Source: Acidimicrobiales bacterium
GTDB lineage: Bacteria > Actinomycetota > Acidimicrobiia > Acidimicrobiales > CATQHL01
Direction of reading: 5' to 3'
Assembly (NCBI GenBank): GCA_963668565.2
Contig: CAXXMX010000009.1
Span: 9,301 to 73,300, forward strand
DNA: 64,000 nt
A program made the translations under genes and the position numbers. Below are positions 8,947-18,419 of this stretch, piece by piece; the first letter of the stretch is position 1; every line of letters starts with the position of its first letter. The notes under the pieces are model-generated. The model had not been told where the DNA came from, ran no database searches, and worked only from the letters and a program-made list of their open reading frames with translations.

Positions 8947-9876
8947 TCAACGCCCCCGCGCGGCGGGCTCCCGCCAGGGGATCCCCACGGCCGCGGGGTA
9001 GCGCGAGCCGCGCGACAGCACCACAGCCGCGATGGTGATGATGTAGGGGAGGGCAAGCCAGACCTGCTGGGGCACCGAATCGAAGAAGTCGATGAGCCCG
9101 GCCACGAATTGCAGCGCCTGCGACAGGCCGAACAGTCCGGCGATGGCGACAACGGCCACGGGGTTCCAGCGGGCCACCACGACGACTCCCAGTGCGATGA
9201 AGCCACGTCCCGAAGTGAACCCCGGGATGAACCGCCCCGAGGATGACACGACGAGCGCGGCACCACCCAGCGCGGCCAGAGCGTTGCCGGCGATGACCGC
9301 GCCATAGCGCAGTCGCCAGACATCGAGACCGGCAGAAGAGGAGGCGTGCGGGCGCTCTCCCGCTGCCCGCACGTAGAGCCCCCACCAAGTGCGGCGCATC
9401 AGATAGAAGATCGCCACCGCCAGGAGGATCGACACCCAGAAGAGGAAGTTCTGCGCGTTGATGACGTCGCGCAGCTTGGGGATCCGTCCGAGCAGGGGGA
9501 CCGTCCAGCGTGACAGCGTCGGAGCCGTGTTCCCGCCGATGACCTGCGACGCCAACGCACCGGTGATGCCGAGAGCGAAGATGTTGAAGAGCAGCCCCGT
9601 GACGATCTGGTCGGTGCCGCGGCGTACGTAGAGAGCCGACAGGACGATGCCCGATCCCACTCCCGCCGCCACACCGCCCAGCAGAGCCAGCGGCATGTTG
9701 CCGGTTGCGTGCCCGACGAGAGAGCAGACGGCCGCGCCGAAGAGCATGGTTCCTTCGATGCCCACATTGAGGACACCTGCCTGCTCGCTGATGGTCTCGC
9801 CGAGGGCCGCCAGCAGGATCGGCACCATGAGTTGCAGGCCCGATGCGAACAGCGTGATGATGATGATCTCGGTCAT
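8947..9876 (-). CDS. ABC transporter permease (BMP/nucleoside-type importer, second permease)
   Basis: 309 aa and polytopic. N-terminal MTEIIIITLFASGLQLMVPILLAALGETISEQAGVLNVGIEGTM is typical of this permease family. 4-nt ATGA overlap with the upstream permease. Confidence 0.85.
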   Translation of the reverse strand: MTEIIIITLFASGLQLMVPILLAALGETISEQAGVLNVGIEGTMLFGAAVCSLVGHATGNMPLALLGGVAAGVGSGIVLSALYVRRGTDQIVTGLLFNIFALGITGALASQVIGGNTAPTLSRWTVPLLGRIPKLRDVINAQNFLFWVSILLAVAIFYLMRRTWWGLYVRAAGERPHASSSAGLDVWRLRYGAVIAGNALAALGGAALVVSSSGRFIPGFTSGRGFIALGVVVVARWNPVAVVAIAGLFGLSQALQFVAGLIDFFDSVPQQVWLALPYIITIAAVVLSRGSRYPAAVGIPWREPAARGR

Positions 9877-11102
9877 GCCGTCGCCCCCTCGCTCTGCGCG
9901 TAGCGGAAGCGGATGACGCCCGTCACCATCAGGGTGATGACGAACGTGGCAATGAGAACGTCGCCCATCGTCGGGGAGACCCCGGCGGCGGCCTGCAGGC
10001 TGTTACTCCCGACCCGCAGTGTCGAGAACAGGAATGCTGCGGGTAGCACGGCCATCGGGTTGAGACGCGCCAGGAGAGCCACGGCGATGCCGATATACCC
10101 GTAGTTCGAGATCCACAGGTCCAGCGCCAGGTCGTGGTGGATACCTCCAACCGTGACCGCCCCGGCGAGGCCTCCCGCTGCTCCCCCGGCAGCGAACGAC
10201 GACACGGTGACCAACTTGGTCCGCACACCCGCCAGGCGAGCGGCACGCGCGTTTGCGCCGATGGAGCGGATGGAGAAACCGAGGGATGTCCGCGTCAACA
10301 GCACCCATGCGGCCAGAGCGGCGGCGAGGGCGACGAAAACGCTGATGTCCACCTTGGCCGTGGCCCAGAAGTCCGGGAAATGGGCGGTGTCGTGGATCTC
10401 CTTGCTTTGCAGCTGGGCGTAGATCTCGGGCCAGGCAACCGTGACGACGTAGTTGGCCGCGAAGTAGGCCAAGAAGTTCAACATCAACGACGTGACGATC
10501 TCGTTGATGTCGAAGTACGCCTTGAGCAGACCGGGAACCGAGCCCCACACGGCACCGCCCATCGCCGCCCCGAAGATCAGGATGAGTACGAACAGTCCCT
10601 GCGGGGTGCCCGCGGGCAGGGTGATCCCGAGTGTTACCGCCACGACGGCGCCGGCGAACATCTGACCCTCCCCCCCGATGTTCCACAGCCGGGCAGTGAA
10701 GGGAATGGCGGCGGCAAGGCCGGTCAGCACGAGCAGCGATGCGGTCATGATCGTCTGGCCCAGGAAGATCTGCTGCGCGAGGGAGTTCTTGACGATCGTC
10801 CTGGCCACCGTCCAAGGGTTGGCGCCGAAGGCAAGGACGATGAGCGCCATGATGGCGGCGGTCAGAAGGAGGGCGCCGGCCACGTCGCCGTGACGCCACA
10901 CAGCCAGGACTTCAAGGCGTTTGCGGACCGATTGTTTCCCGCCGGCAGCCGGCCCGGCGATCGCGTCGTCGGTGCTGTTTGCCTCGGCAGCGCCGCGACC
11001 ATCGACCCCGTCGACCACACTGCCTCCCCGCTGACTACCGGCCGCTTCCCTCGGCCGATTCCGACAGCGCGACGATAGTCCGTTTCGTTCGCCGTGTTTC
11101 AA
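9873..11102 (-). CDS. ABC transporter permease (BMP/nucleoside-type importer, first permease); start codon uncertain
   Basis: 409-aa ORF. The membrane body begins around residue 70 (LLLTAAIMALIVLAF ... NIGGEGQMFAG). The first 60-70 residues are Arg/Gly-rich, so the true start may be internal. Confidence 0.8.
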   Translation of the reverse strand: MKHGERNGLSSRCRNRPREAAGSQRGGSVVDGVDGRGAAEANSTDDAIAGPAAGGKQSVRKRLEVLAVWRHGDVAGALLLTAAIMALIVLAFGANPWTVARTIVKNSLAQQIFLGQTIMTASLLVLTGLAAAIPFTARLWNIGGEGQMFAGAVVAVTLGITLPAGTPQGLFVLILIFGAAMGGAVWGSVPGLLKAYFDINEIVTSLMLNFLAYFAANYVVTVAWPEIYAQLQSKEIHDTAHFPDFWATAKVDISVFVALAAALAAWVLLTRTSLGFSIRSIGANARAARLAGVRTKLVTVSSFAAGGAAGGLAGAVTVGGIHHDLALDLWISNYGYIGIAVALLARLNPMAVLPAAFLFSTLRVGSNSLQAAAGVSPTMGDVLIATFVITLMVTGVIRFRYAQSEGATA

Positions 11103-11251
11103 TCGTGTGCGTCACTGTTTCAGCAATATCGAAAACTCCCGGCGCCGCACTGACCCATCACCCGCCGAAGCCTGCGTGGCCCGTCCAGCGAATGCCACGG
11201 TCAGGGAGCGGTACCATCGCGAGCGTGGCTGCCTCTCCGGTGGATAAGCCG

Positions 11252-11908
11252 ATGCCCGCCGTCACGGACGGGTCTGATACGGGCGCATCGCCGCGGCGCG
11301 CCGTGGTTGCCACCGAGGAGCACCTCGCCGAGTTGGGAGGGCGCATCCGTGCCCTGCGCGCGGAGCAGGGGCTCACCTTGCAGGCCGTGGCCGAGCGCAC
11401 CGGTCTGAGTGCCTCCATGGTCTCGATGGTGGAGCGGGGGCGGACGTCCCCGTCGATTGGAACGCTGATAGCGATCGCCTCGGCGCTGGGTGTGCACATG
11501 GCCGACCTGTTCGAACTCGACGTGGAAGGCTCGCGGGATGCGGTGCAGCGGGCTGCTGATCAGCAGGTTGTCGAGACCGCCAACGGCGTGCTGCGGCGGC
11601 TCGTGCAGGTGGATCCCCGACGCGGCCTCGAGCTCGTGGTGAACGAGTACGCGCCCGGCACTGCGAGTGCCGTGCAGGTCACCCACCACGCCGGCTACGA
11701 GTACGGGTACGTACTCGAGGGTGTGCTGACCGTCGAACTCCAGGACGCCGCACACGAACTGAAGCCGGGCGACTCGGTCGGCTTCGAGTCCACGCGGCCT
11801 CACCGGATCGTCAACCACGGCTCCAAGCGCGCTCGGGCCGTGTGGGTCAACCTGTCGCAGCGGGGGCAGCAGCCGGACGTTGTAGGGGACGGAAGCCGGC
11901 GAGATTGA
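11252..11908 (+). CDS. XRE-family HTH transcriptional regulator with C-terminal cupin sensor domain
   Basis: In frame with ORF 10979..11908, but I start it at ATG 11252. HTH: LRAEQGLTLQAVAERTGLSASMVSMVERGRTSPSIGTLIAIASAL. Cupin: GYEYGYVLEGVLTVEL...PGDSVGFESTRPHRIVNHG. Divergent from the transporter operon. Confidence 0.8.
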   Translation: MPAVTDGSDTGASPRRAVVATEEHLAELGGRIRALRAEQGLTLQAVAERTGLSASMVSMVERGRTSPSIGTLIAIASALGVHMADLFELDVEGSRDAVQRAADQQVVETANGVLRRLVQVDPRRGLELVVNEYAPGTASAVQVTHHAGYEYGYVLEGVLTVELQDAAHELKPGDSVGFESTRPHRIVNHGSKRARAVWVNLSQRGQQPDVVGDGSRRD

Positions 11909-11996
11909 GCCGTACGACGCGAGGGTTCCAGCCGGTTGCTGACCACTGGAGAGTCCGGTATCGCACCGGGACGAGACCGAAGACAACCGGGAGGAT

Positions 11997-12752
11997 TTGA
12001 TGAGCGCCACGCTTGCAGGAAGGACGGCCCTGGTGACCGGGGGCAATCGCGGTCTCGGCCGGGCGATGGCGCTGGCCCTGGCGGAGGCGGGGGCCGACAT
12101 CGTCATCTGGGGTCGCGACACCGGGGCTCTCGAGCGCACCGCCGCCGAGGTGCGCGCCCTTGGCCGGGAGTGCCTCGCCCAGGCGGTCGAGATCACCGAC
12201 TCGGCACAGGTCAGCAGCGCTGCAGCCGAGGCATGGGAGCGGACGGGAGGCGTGGACGTGGCGTTCCATGCCGCCGGCGTCCTGCTCCTCAAACCGGCAA
12301 CCGAGACCGGGGACGAGGACTGGGAGGCGGTGATGGGGGCCAACCTCACCGGCGCCTTCTACTGCTGTCGCGCCTTCGGCGAACGCATGCTGGCGCAGGG
12401 CCACGGCAAGATCGTCAACATTGCCTCCAATTTCGGCCTCCACGGCGGCGCGAACTGGTCGGCCTACTCGGCCAGTAAGGCCGGTGTCGTGGCGCTGTCC
12501 AAGAGCCTGGCTTGGGAGTGGGCCCCGACGGTGACCGTGAACGTGATCGCCCCCGGGGCGTTCTACACCGACATGAACAGTCACCTGCTGGATGTGCCGG
12601 AGATCATGGCGGCCGTGGAGGCGAACACACCGTTGGGGCGGGTCGGCGATCCGCCCGAACTGGGCCCTCTCGCCGTGATGCTGGCCGGGCCGGGGTCGGA
12701 TTTCATGACCGGCGCCGTGATCAGCATCGACGGCGGCGTGATCAAACCCTGA
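11997..12752 (+). CDS. SDR-family oxidoreductase
   Basis: 251 aa. Cofactor motif TGGNRGLGRA and catalytic YSASKAG. Confidence 0.9.
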   Translation: MMSATLAGRTALVTGGNRGLGRAMALALAEAGADIVIWGRDTGALERTAAEVRALGRECLAQAVEITDSAQVSSAAAEAWERTGGVDVAFHAAGVLLLKPATETGDEDWEAVMGANLTGAFYCCRAFGERMLAQGHGKIVNIASNFGLHGGANWSAYSASKAGVVALSKSLAWEWAPTVTVNVIAPGAFYTDMNSHLLDVPEIMAAVEANTPLGRVGDPPELGPLAVMLAGPGSDFMTGAVISIDGGVIKP

Positions 12753-12895
12753 TAGCCGCCGAGCTTCACGAACGGCCCCGATCTTGGGGGTGTGACCGCT
12801 GAGCAGCGGCTCCCGGCGTCGTGAGCCGCTCAACTACAGTACTGTTCAACCGATTACAGAATTCTTGAAGTTCGCTGGACGGTGGAAGGCTGCAG

Positions 12896-13276
12896 ATGAG
12901 CGAGAACCGGGTGCAGGTCGTTCGGGGCAGCGGGAACAGCGTCTCGCTTCCCTTGGTTGCGTCCGGGGGCGAGGCGGTCGCGGTGGTGTGGCCGGGCGTG
13001 GGCTCGAAGCATCGCTCGCTGCACCGCGTGCTGCTGCAGCCCGGCGGCTACACCTTCGATCTGCGGCACCCGTCGGAGTCGGTGTACTACGTCCGTTCGG
13101 GCAGCGCCACGGTCGTCGACGCCGACAGCGGCGAGCAGCAACCGCTCGTGGAGGGGTCGATGGTGCACGTCGATCCGTCCACGGCGCACCGATTCGAGGC
13201 GGGCGCCTCGGGGGCCGAGATCGTCGGTGGCCCGTGCCCGCCCGATCCCTCCATCTACGAGACACGGGAGGCCTAG
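12896..13276 (+). CDS. cupin-domain protein (degenerate metal site)
   Basis: 126 aa. Cupin-like strand pattern (VYYVRSGSATVVD...GSMVHVDPSTAHRF), but the HxH of motif 1 is replaced by RHPSE. Confidence 0.55.
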   Translation: MSENRVQVVRGSGNSVSLPLVASGGEAVAVVWPGVGSKHRSLHRVLLQPGGYTFDLRHPSESVYYVRSGSATVVDADSGEQQPLVEGSMVHVDPSTAHRFEAGASGAEIVGGPCPPDPSIYETREA

Positions 13277-13278
13277 CA

Positions 13279-13653
13279 ATGGCAGTGCGTGTATTCCACC
13301 GTGACGAGCCCGATCTGATGATGCCGATCATCTCCTCGGACGCCCGGCTGATCGTTTGGCCCGGCGTCGGCGCGGAGGTGGCCAACATGAACTACGTCGT
13401 GCTCGAGCCGGGCGAGCAGAACGTCCCGCACATCCACTCGGAGTCGGAGGACACAATCTTCATCCTCGAGGGCAAGGGTTCGGTGCAGGACCTCACCAAC
13501 GGCACGCGCCTGGAGTTCGAGGCCGGCGATGCCGTGCACGTGCCCGCCGGCGTGGAGCACGCGGTCTGCGCGGACCGCGACAGCCGCATCGTCAGCGTGG
13601 GTGGCCCGTGCCCGCCGGACCGCCACCTGCTGCGGCTCCTCGGCGTGGAGTGA
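13279..13653 (+). CDS. cupin-domain protein
   Basis: In frame with ORF 12865..13653, but started at ATG 13279, 2 nt after the previous stop. Canonical cupin motif PHIHSESEDTIFILEGKG and second motif GDAVHVPAGVEHAV. Confidence 0.7.
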   Translation: MAVRVFHRDEPDLMMPIISSDARLIVWPGVGAEVANMNYVVLEPGEQNVPHIHSESEDTIFILEGKGSVQDLTNGTRLEFEAGDAVHVPAGVEHAVCADRDSRIVSVGGPCPPDRHLLRLLGVE

Positions 13654-13678
13654 GCCGTCGCCGTCTCCGACCGGGACA

Positions 13679-14542
13679 ATGAGCCCCGTCGGGGTGGGCT
13701 TGGCGCAGTTGAGCGCTCCGCCGGGCGACCCTGCGGGAAACCGCCGGCGAAGCGTCGATGCGGCCGCGGCGTTGTTCGACGGCGGCGCCAACATCGTGGT
13801 CCTGCCGGAGTTGTGTGTCCCCTGGTACACGGCCGACCGGGCACGACTGCTGGAGGTGGCCGAGCCACTCGACGGTCCGACCGTCGAGGCGTGGAGCGCC
13901 GTTGCCGGGGTGCACGGCGGTGTGGTCGTGGGAGGATTCTGCGAGCGGACCGATGGCGCCGGCGATGCGGTGTTGTACAACAGCGCCGTGGCCGTGAGCG
14001 GCGACGGGGTCGTCGGTCATTACCGCAAGCTGCACCTGTTCGATACCGAGAAGCTCTGCTTCGCGCCCGGTGATCTCGGTCTTCCGACGTTCGACACCGA
14101 GTTCGGCTGCCTCGGAATCTGCGTGTGTTACGACCTGCGGTTCGTGGAGGTGGTCCGGGTCCTTGCGCTGTCGGGGGCCGAGATGATCTGCGTGCCGACC
14201 GCATGGGTCCGGGGCTTCGACCGTCGAGACACGGATCGTGATGGCCTGATTCCCCACGCGCAGGGTGCCCTTCTGCAGGCAAACCTGTCGCAGGTGTTCA
14301 TCGCCTGCGCCTCGCAGGCCGGCGACTTTGGTGATCTGCACTTCCTGGGGTCGTCGATTCTGGCCGGACCGTATGGGCAGATAGTTGCCGGCCCGCTGGA
14401 TCGCGACCGTGGCGAATCGCAGGTGGCTAGCGTGGACCTGGCCGATGCAGCCCGAGCGCAGGTCCGAAGCGAGTTGATCCGGCCGCGCGCCGACCGGCGG
14501 ACCGACGTCTACGGTGTGACTCTCGGCCCGCAGCAGTTGTAG
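13679..14542 (+). CDS. carbon-nitrogen hydrolase (nitrilase/amidase superfamily)
   Basis: Started at ATG 13679 within ORF 13529..14542. VVLPEL (Glu), HYRKLHLFD (Lys) and GICVCYDLRF (Cys) give the Glu-Lys-Cys triad context of the CN-hydrolase fold. Confidence 0.8.
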   Translation: MSPVGVGLAQLSAPPGDPAGNRRRSVDAAAALFDGGANIVVLPELCVPWYTADRARLLEVAEPLDGPTVEAWSAVAGVHGGVVVGGFCERTDGAGDAVLYNSAVAVSGDGVVGHYRKLHLFDTEKLCFAPGDLGLPTFDTEFGCLGICVCYDLRFVEVVRVLALSGAEMICVPTAWVRGFDRRDTDRDGLIPHAQGALLQANLSQVFIACASQAGDFGDLHFLGSSILAGPYGQIVAGPLDRDRGESQVASVDLADAARAQVRSELIRPRADRRTDVYGVTLGPQQL

Positions 14543-14618
14543 ACGACAGGGGAGTTGTGCCGATGGCGACCGTATTGGAGTTCGATGTCCGGGGTTGTTG
14601 CACCCCGGTGCGACTGCG

Positions 14619-15533
14619 ATGAAGCCGGCCCGTTTCGCGTACACCGCGCCCGACAGCGTCGAGGGTGTGCTGGATGCCCTCGATCGCTTCGGCGACGAAG
14701 CGAAGGTTCTCTCCGGGGGACAGAGCCTGGTGCCGATGATGAACTTCCGCCTGGCTCGCCCCGAGGTGATCGTGGACATCGGGCGGGTGACGGGACTCGA
14801 CCGCCTGACCGTCGCGAACGGCACGCTGGCCGTGGGGGCGCGGGTGCGGCACATCCAGATGGAGGCTCCGGCGGTCGCCACACCGTCGGGCGGCTCTGCG
14901 CCCCTCGCCGGTGTGCTCGGGTCGCTGCTGGCGGGTGTGGCACACCACGTCGGACACCTGCCGATCAGGGTGCGGGGCACGTTCGGGGGATCGATCGCCC
15001 ACGCCGACCCGGCGGCCGAATGGTGCATCGTTGCCCGCACGCTCGACGCCGAAATGGTGGCGCGGCGCCGAGGTGGAGAGCGCACGATCCCGGCAGCCGA
15101 CTTCTTCGAGACGGTGTTCACCACCGCATTGGCGCCCGAGGAATTGCTCGTGGCCGTGCATCTTCCGATTCTTGGCGACGACTGGCGGGCTGGGTTCTGC
15201 GAGTTCAGCCGGCGCGTCGGAGACTTCGCTGTGGTGGCTGCCATGACCGCACTGCGTCTGGATCCTGCGACCGGTGCCATCGCCGAAGCCCGCATCGGTG
15301 TGGGGGGAGTGGCCGGCGTGCCGGCGCGCCTGCGGGGCGCCGAGGCGACGCTGGTGGGTGAGGCGCCGGGGGCAGAGCTCTTCGCCGCCTCCGCCGCCGC
15401 CGCGGCGAGTGAGGTGGATCCTGTCGGTGACCTTCATGGTTCGGCCATCTACCGGCGCGACCTGGTGCGGGCAATGGTGTCGCGGTCGCTGGCGCAGGGC
15501 ACCTCGACGCCGCGTGCCGAGGCGCACCGGTAG
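14619..15533 (+). CDS. FAD-binding medium subunit of a xanthine-dehydrogenase-family enzyme (CoxM/XdhA-FAD type)
   Basis: MKPARFAYTAPDSVEGVLDAL...KVLSGGQSLVPMMNFRLARP...GTFGGSIAHADPAAEW is the typical FAD_binding_5 / CO_deh_flav_C pattern. Confidence 0.85.
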   Translation: MKPARFAYTAPDSVEGVLDALDRFGDEAKVLSGGQSLVPMMNFRLARPEVIVDIGRVTGLDRLTVANGTLAVGARVRHIQMEAPAVATPSGGSAPLAGVLGSLLAGVAHHVGHLPIRVRGTFGGSIAHADPAAEWCIVARTLDAEMVARRRGGERTIPAADFFETVFTTALAPEELLVAVHLPILGDDWRAGFCEFSRRVGDFAVVAAMTALRLDPATGAIAEARIGVGGVAGVPARLRGAEATLVGEAPGAELFAASAAAAASEVDPVGDLHGSAIYRRDLVRAMVSRSLAQGTSTPRAEAHR

Positions 15534-15555
15534 TCGCCGCCGCGGGGAGAGTGCT

Positions 15556-17922
15556 GTGACCTGGGTCGGTCGCTCCATCAGGCGGGTCGAGGACCCGACC
15601 CTGCTGCAGGGTGCCGGAATGTTCGTCGGCGACATCGCCGGCGCGGCGGCCGTCCGGTTCGTGCGCAGCCCGGTGGCGAGCGGGCTCATCCGCGCTGTGC
15701 GCGGCCCGGCGTACACGATCGAGGACCTCGATGCCGACGGGGTCGGTCACATCAGCGCCGTGCTGCACCGCCCCGACTACGTGCGCGTCGCCCAGCCGTT
15801 GCTCGCCCGCGAGCGAGTGCGGTACGTCGGCGAGCCGGTGGCGGTGGTTGTGGCCGACACCGCGGCCGAGGCCGAGGATCTGGCCGAACAGGTGGAACTG
15901 GACATCGAGCCACTGCCGGCGGCGGTGAGTCTCGACGATGCCCTCGCCGCCGGGGCACCCCTGGTGCACCCCGAAGAGGCGGAGTCCAACGTGATGCTGG
16001 CCGGCGAGATGGCGACACCCGGTCTCGCGGCGGCTCTCGAGTCGGCACACACCGTCGTCGAGATGGAGATCATCTCCGGGCGCCAGGCCGCCCTGCCGCT
16101 CGAGGCGCGTGGCTCGCACGCCGTCACCGAGCGCTACAGCGGCCGCACGACCCTGCACGCCTCGATCCAGGCGCCGCATATGGTGCGCACTGTCATCTGC
16201 GACCTGCTGGGCATGCCGGAGGCCGACCTGCGCGTGGTGGCACCGGATGTCGGTGGAGGCTTCGGCCAGAAACTGCCGCTGGCCCGCGAGGACGCGGTCG
16301 TGGTCTGGTTGGCGCGACGACTTGGACGTCCCGTGGCGTGGATCGAGGACCGCAGCGAGAACCTGATGGCGTCCTGGCACAGCCGCGAGCAGCGCTACCG
16401 GCTGCGGGCCGGCTTCGACGCCGACGCCCGGCTGCACTCGCTCCAAGCGGACGTGGTGGCGAACGTCGGGGCATGGCCGTGCTACCCGATCACCTGGGGG
16501 GTCGAGCCCCTCATGGCGCTGGCCGAACTGCCCGGGCCCTACACGGTGGAGCACTACGGCGTGCGCTCACGCGGCATCGCCACGCATACCTGCCCGATGG
16601 CCCCGTACCGCGGTGTGTCCCGGCCGGCCATCACGCTGGCGCTGGAGCGGCTCATGGACACCGCCGCGCCGCGTCTGGGGATCGACCCGGTGGAGATCCG
16701 GCGACGGAACCTGCAGAGCGTGTTCCCGCACACCTCGCCGACCGGGCTGGTCCACGACGCCGGTTCCTACCGCGAAGCAATGGAGGTGGCGGTGCGCCAC
16801 GTCGACCTTGCGTCATTCCGCAGCCGCCAGCGGGCCGGCCGCGCCGCGGGTGGGCCACAGTTGGGCCTGGGGATCTGCACGTTCTCTGAGCGCACCGGTT
16901 ACGGCACACCGGTTTTCGCGGCGCGGGCGATGGGGGTCACGCCGGGCTACGAGAACGTGGAGTTGGCCATGGACCCGTCGGGCTACGTGACGCTGCGCAT
17001 CGGCGCCTCGCCGCACGGGCAGGGTCTCGCGACGGCGCTGTCTCAGATCGTGGCCGACGAACTCGGCACCGAGCCGAGCCGTGTGCGGGTCGTGGCGAGC
17101 GACACCGATCGCACGCCGTACGGCTGGGGATCCTTCGCCAGCCGCGCCATGGTGCTGGCGGGCGGAGCGACACAGCTCGCGGCACAGAAGCTGGCCGCAC
17201 AGTTGGGGGCGCTGGCCGGAGAGGTCCTCGAAGCTGCTGCCGACGATGTGGTCCTGTCGGGTGGACGGGCCACCGTGGCCGGCACGTCGGTGGGTGTGGA
17301 GATTGCTGAGCTGGCGCGCATCGCCCACCACCACACCCAACGGCTACCCGACGGGGCGGCTCCGGGCCTGTCGGTGCAGGCCGGCTACGACCCCGCCGGC
17401 ACGTTCTCCAACGCCTGCCATGTGGCGGAGGTGGAAGTGGATCTCGACACCGGCGGCGTGTCGGTGCGGCGCTTCGTCGTCGTGGAGGACGCGGGACGGC
17501 TCATCAACCCGATGATCGTGGACGGGCAGATACGCGGCGGCGTGGCGCAGGGCATCGCCAATGCGCTGCTGGAGGAGATCGTCTACGACGACGACGGCAA
17601 CATCCTGACGACGTCGCTCATGGACTACCTGCCGCCGACGACCACCGAGATCCCCGACATCGAGATCCTGCACCTCGAGACCCTCTCCGACGCCACTGTG
17701 ACCGGCGCCAAGGGCGTGGGTGAGGGCGGGACGATCGGGGCTCCGGCGGCGGTACTGAATGCCGTGAACGACGCGCTCGCCCCCTTGGGTGTGGCGCTCA
17801 ACGAGATGCCGGCGACCCCGGAGCGGGTCCGGTCTCTCGTCCGTGCCGCGGAGGCGGCCGGTCGTGCAGTGAGTTCAATGGGCGGGTCCAACGGATCAAT
17901 GGAGGAGGCGACAGGCGCATGA
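15556..17922 (+). CDS. xanthine-dehydrogenase-family molybdopterin-binding large subunit (copy 1 of this operon)
   Basis: Started at GTG 15556 (GGGGAGAG upstream) within ORF 15274..17922. VGRSIRRVEDPTLLQG, DVGGGFGQK and C-terminal VTGAKGVGEGGTIGAPAAV. Confidence 0.85.
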   Translation: MTWVGRSIRRVEDPTLLQGAGMFVGDIAGAAAVRFVRSPVASGLIRAVRGPAYTIEDLDADGVGHISAVLHRPDYVRVAQPLLARERVRYVGEPVAVVVADTAAEAEDLAEQVELDIEPLPAAVSLDDALAAGAPLVHPEEAESNVMLAGEMATPGLAAALESAHTVVEMEIISGRQAALPLEARGSHAVTERYSGRTTLHASIQAPHMVRTVICDLLGMPEADLRVVAPDVGGGFGQKLPLAREDAVVVWLARRLGRPVAWIEDRSENLMASWHSREQRYRLRAGFDADARLHSLQADVVANVGAWPCYPITWGVEPLMALAELPGPYTVEHYGVRSRGIATHTCPMAPYRGVSRPAITLALERLMDTAAPRLGIDPVEIRRRNLQSVFPHTSPTGLVHDAGSYREAMEVAVRHVDLASFRSRQRAGRAAGGPQLGLGICTFSERTGYGTPVFAARAMGVTPGYENVELAMDPSGYVTLRIGASPHGQGLATALSQIVADELGTEPSRVRVVASDTDRTPYGWGSFASRAMVLAGGATQLAAQKLAAQLGALAGEVLEAAADDVVLSGGRATVAGTSVGVEIAELARIAHHHTQRLPDGAAPGLSVQAGYDPAGTFSNACHVAEVEVDLDTGGVSVRRFVVVEDAGRLINPMIVDGQIRGGVAQGIANALLEEIVYDDDGNILTTSLMDYLPPTTTEIPDIEILHLETLSDATVTGAKGVGEGGTIGAPAAVLNAVNDALAPLGVALNEMPATPERVRSLVRAAEAAGRAVSSMGGSNGSMEEATGA

Positions 17923-18416
17923 CCGAGATTTCCGACGCCGCGACCGCGGTGCCAGTCGTGCTGCGGGTGAACGGAGCCGAGTACCGGATCGCCACCGAGC
18001 CGCGCCGCACGCTTGCCGACGCGCTGCGCGAGGAGTGCGGGCTGACCGGAACCCACCTGGGTTGCGAGCACGGCGTGTGCGGGGCGTGCACCGTTCTCCT
18101 TGACGGTGAGCCGGTGCGGTCGTGCCTGATGTTCGCGGTTCAGGCGCAGGACGCCGAGATCCGCACCGTGGAGGGGCTCGCCGACGCCGACGGCACGCTG
18201 CACCCCCTGCAGGAGGCGTTCTGGCGTCATCACGGCCTGCAGTGCGGCTTCTGCACGCCGGGGTTCCTGATGCTCAGCGCGGGCGTGCTCGAGACCCGGC
18301 CGGATATCGGTGATGAGGAACTGCGCGAGGCGCTCTCGTCGAACCTCTGCCGCTGTACCGGCTACCAGACGATCGTCGAGGCGGTGCAGTCGGTGCGAGA
18401 CGCCGGCGAGGCCTGA
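17919..18416 (+). CDS. (2Fe-2S)-binding small subunit (CoxS/XdhC-Fe-S type)
   Basis: 165 aa. GCEHGVCGACTV and CGFCTPGF...CRCTGY cysteine clusters. 4-nt overlap with the upstream gene. Confidence 0.9.
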   Translation: MTEISDAATAVPVVLRVNGAEYRIATEPRRTLADALREECGLTGTHLGCEHGVCGACTVLLDGEPVRSCLMFAVQAQDAEIRTVEGLADADGTLHPLQEAFWRHHGLQCGFCTPGFLMLSAGVLETRPDIGDEELREALSSNLCRCTGYQTIVEAVQSVRDAGEA

Positions 18417-18419
18417 GTC

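Noticed and set aside
10979-11251. N-terminal 91 residues of ORF 10979..11908
   Set aside because: The Arg/Pro-rich extension overlaps the divergent permease gene. The HTH domain begins shortly after ATG 11252, giving a normal-sized XRE-cupin regulator.
15274-15555. Upstream extensions of ORF 15274..17922 and similar extensions of 13529..14542, 14595..15533, 23614..24639, 25673..26626, 27376..29295, 29373..29966, 62174..63013 and 53304..56324
   Set aside because: The extensions overlap the preceding gene or are low-complexity. Internal ATG or GTG codons placed just after the upstream stop or a Shine-Dalgarno-like purine run give family-typical N-termini.
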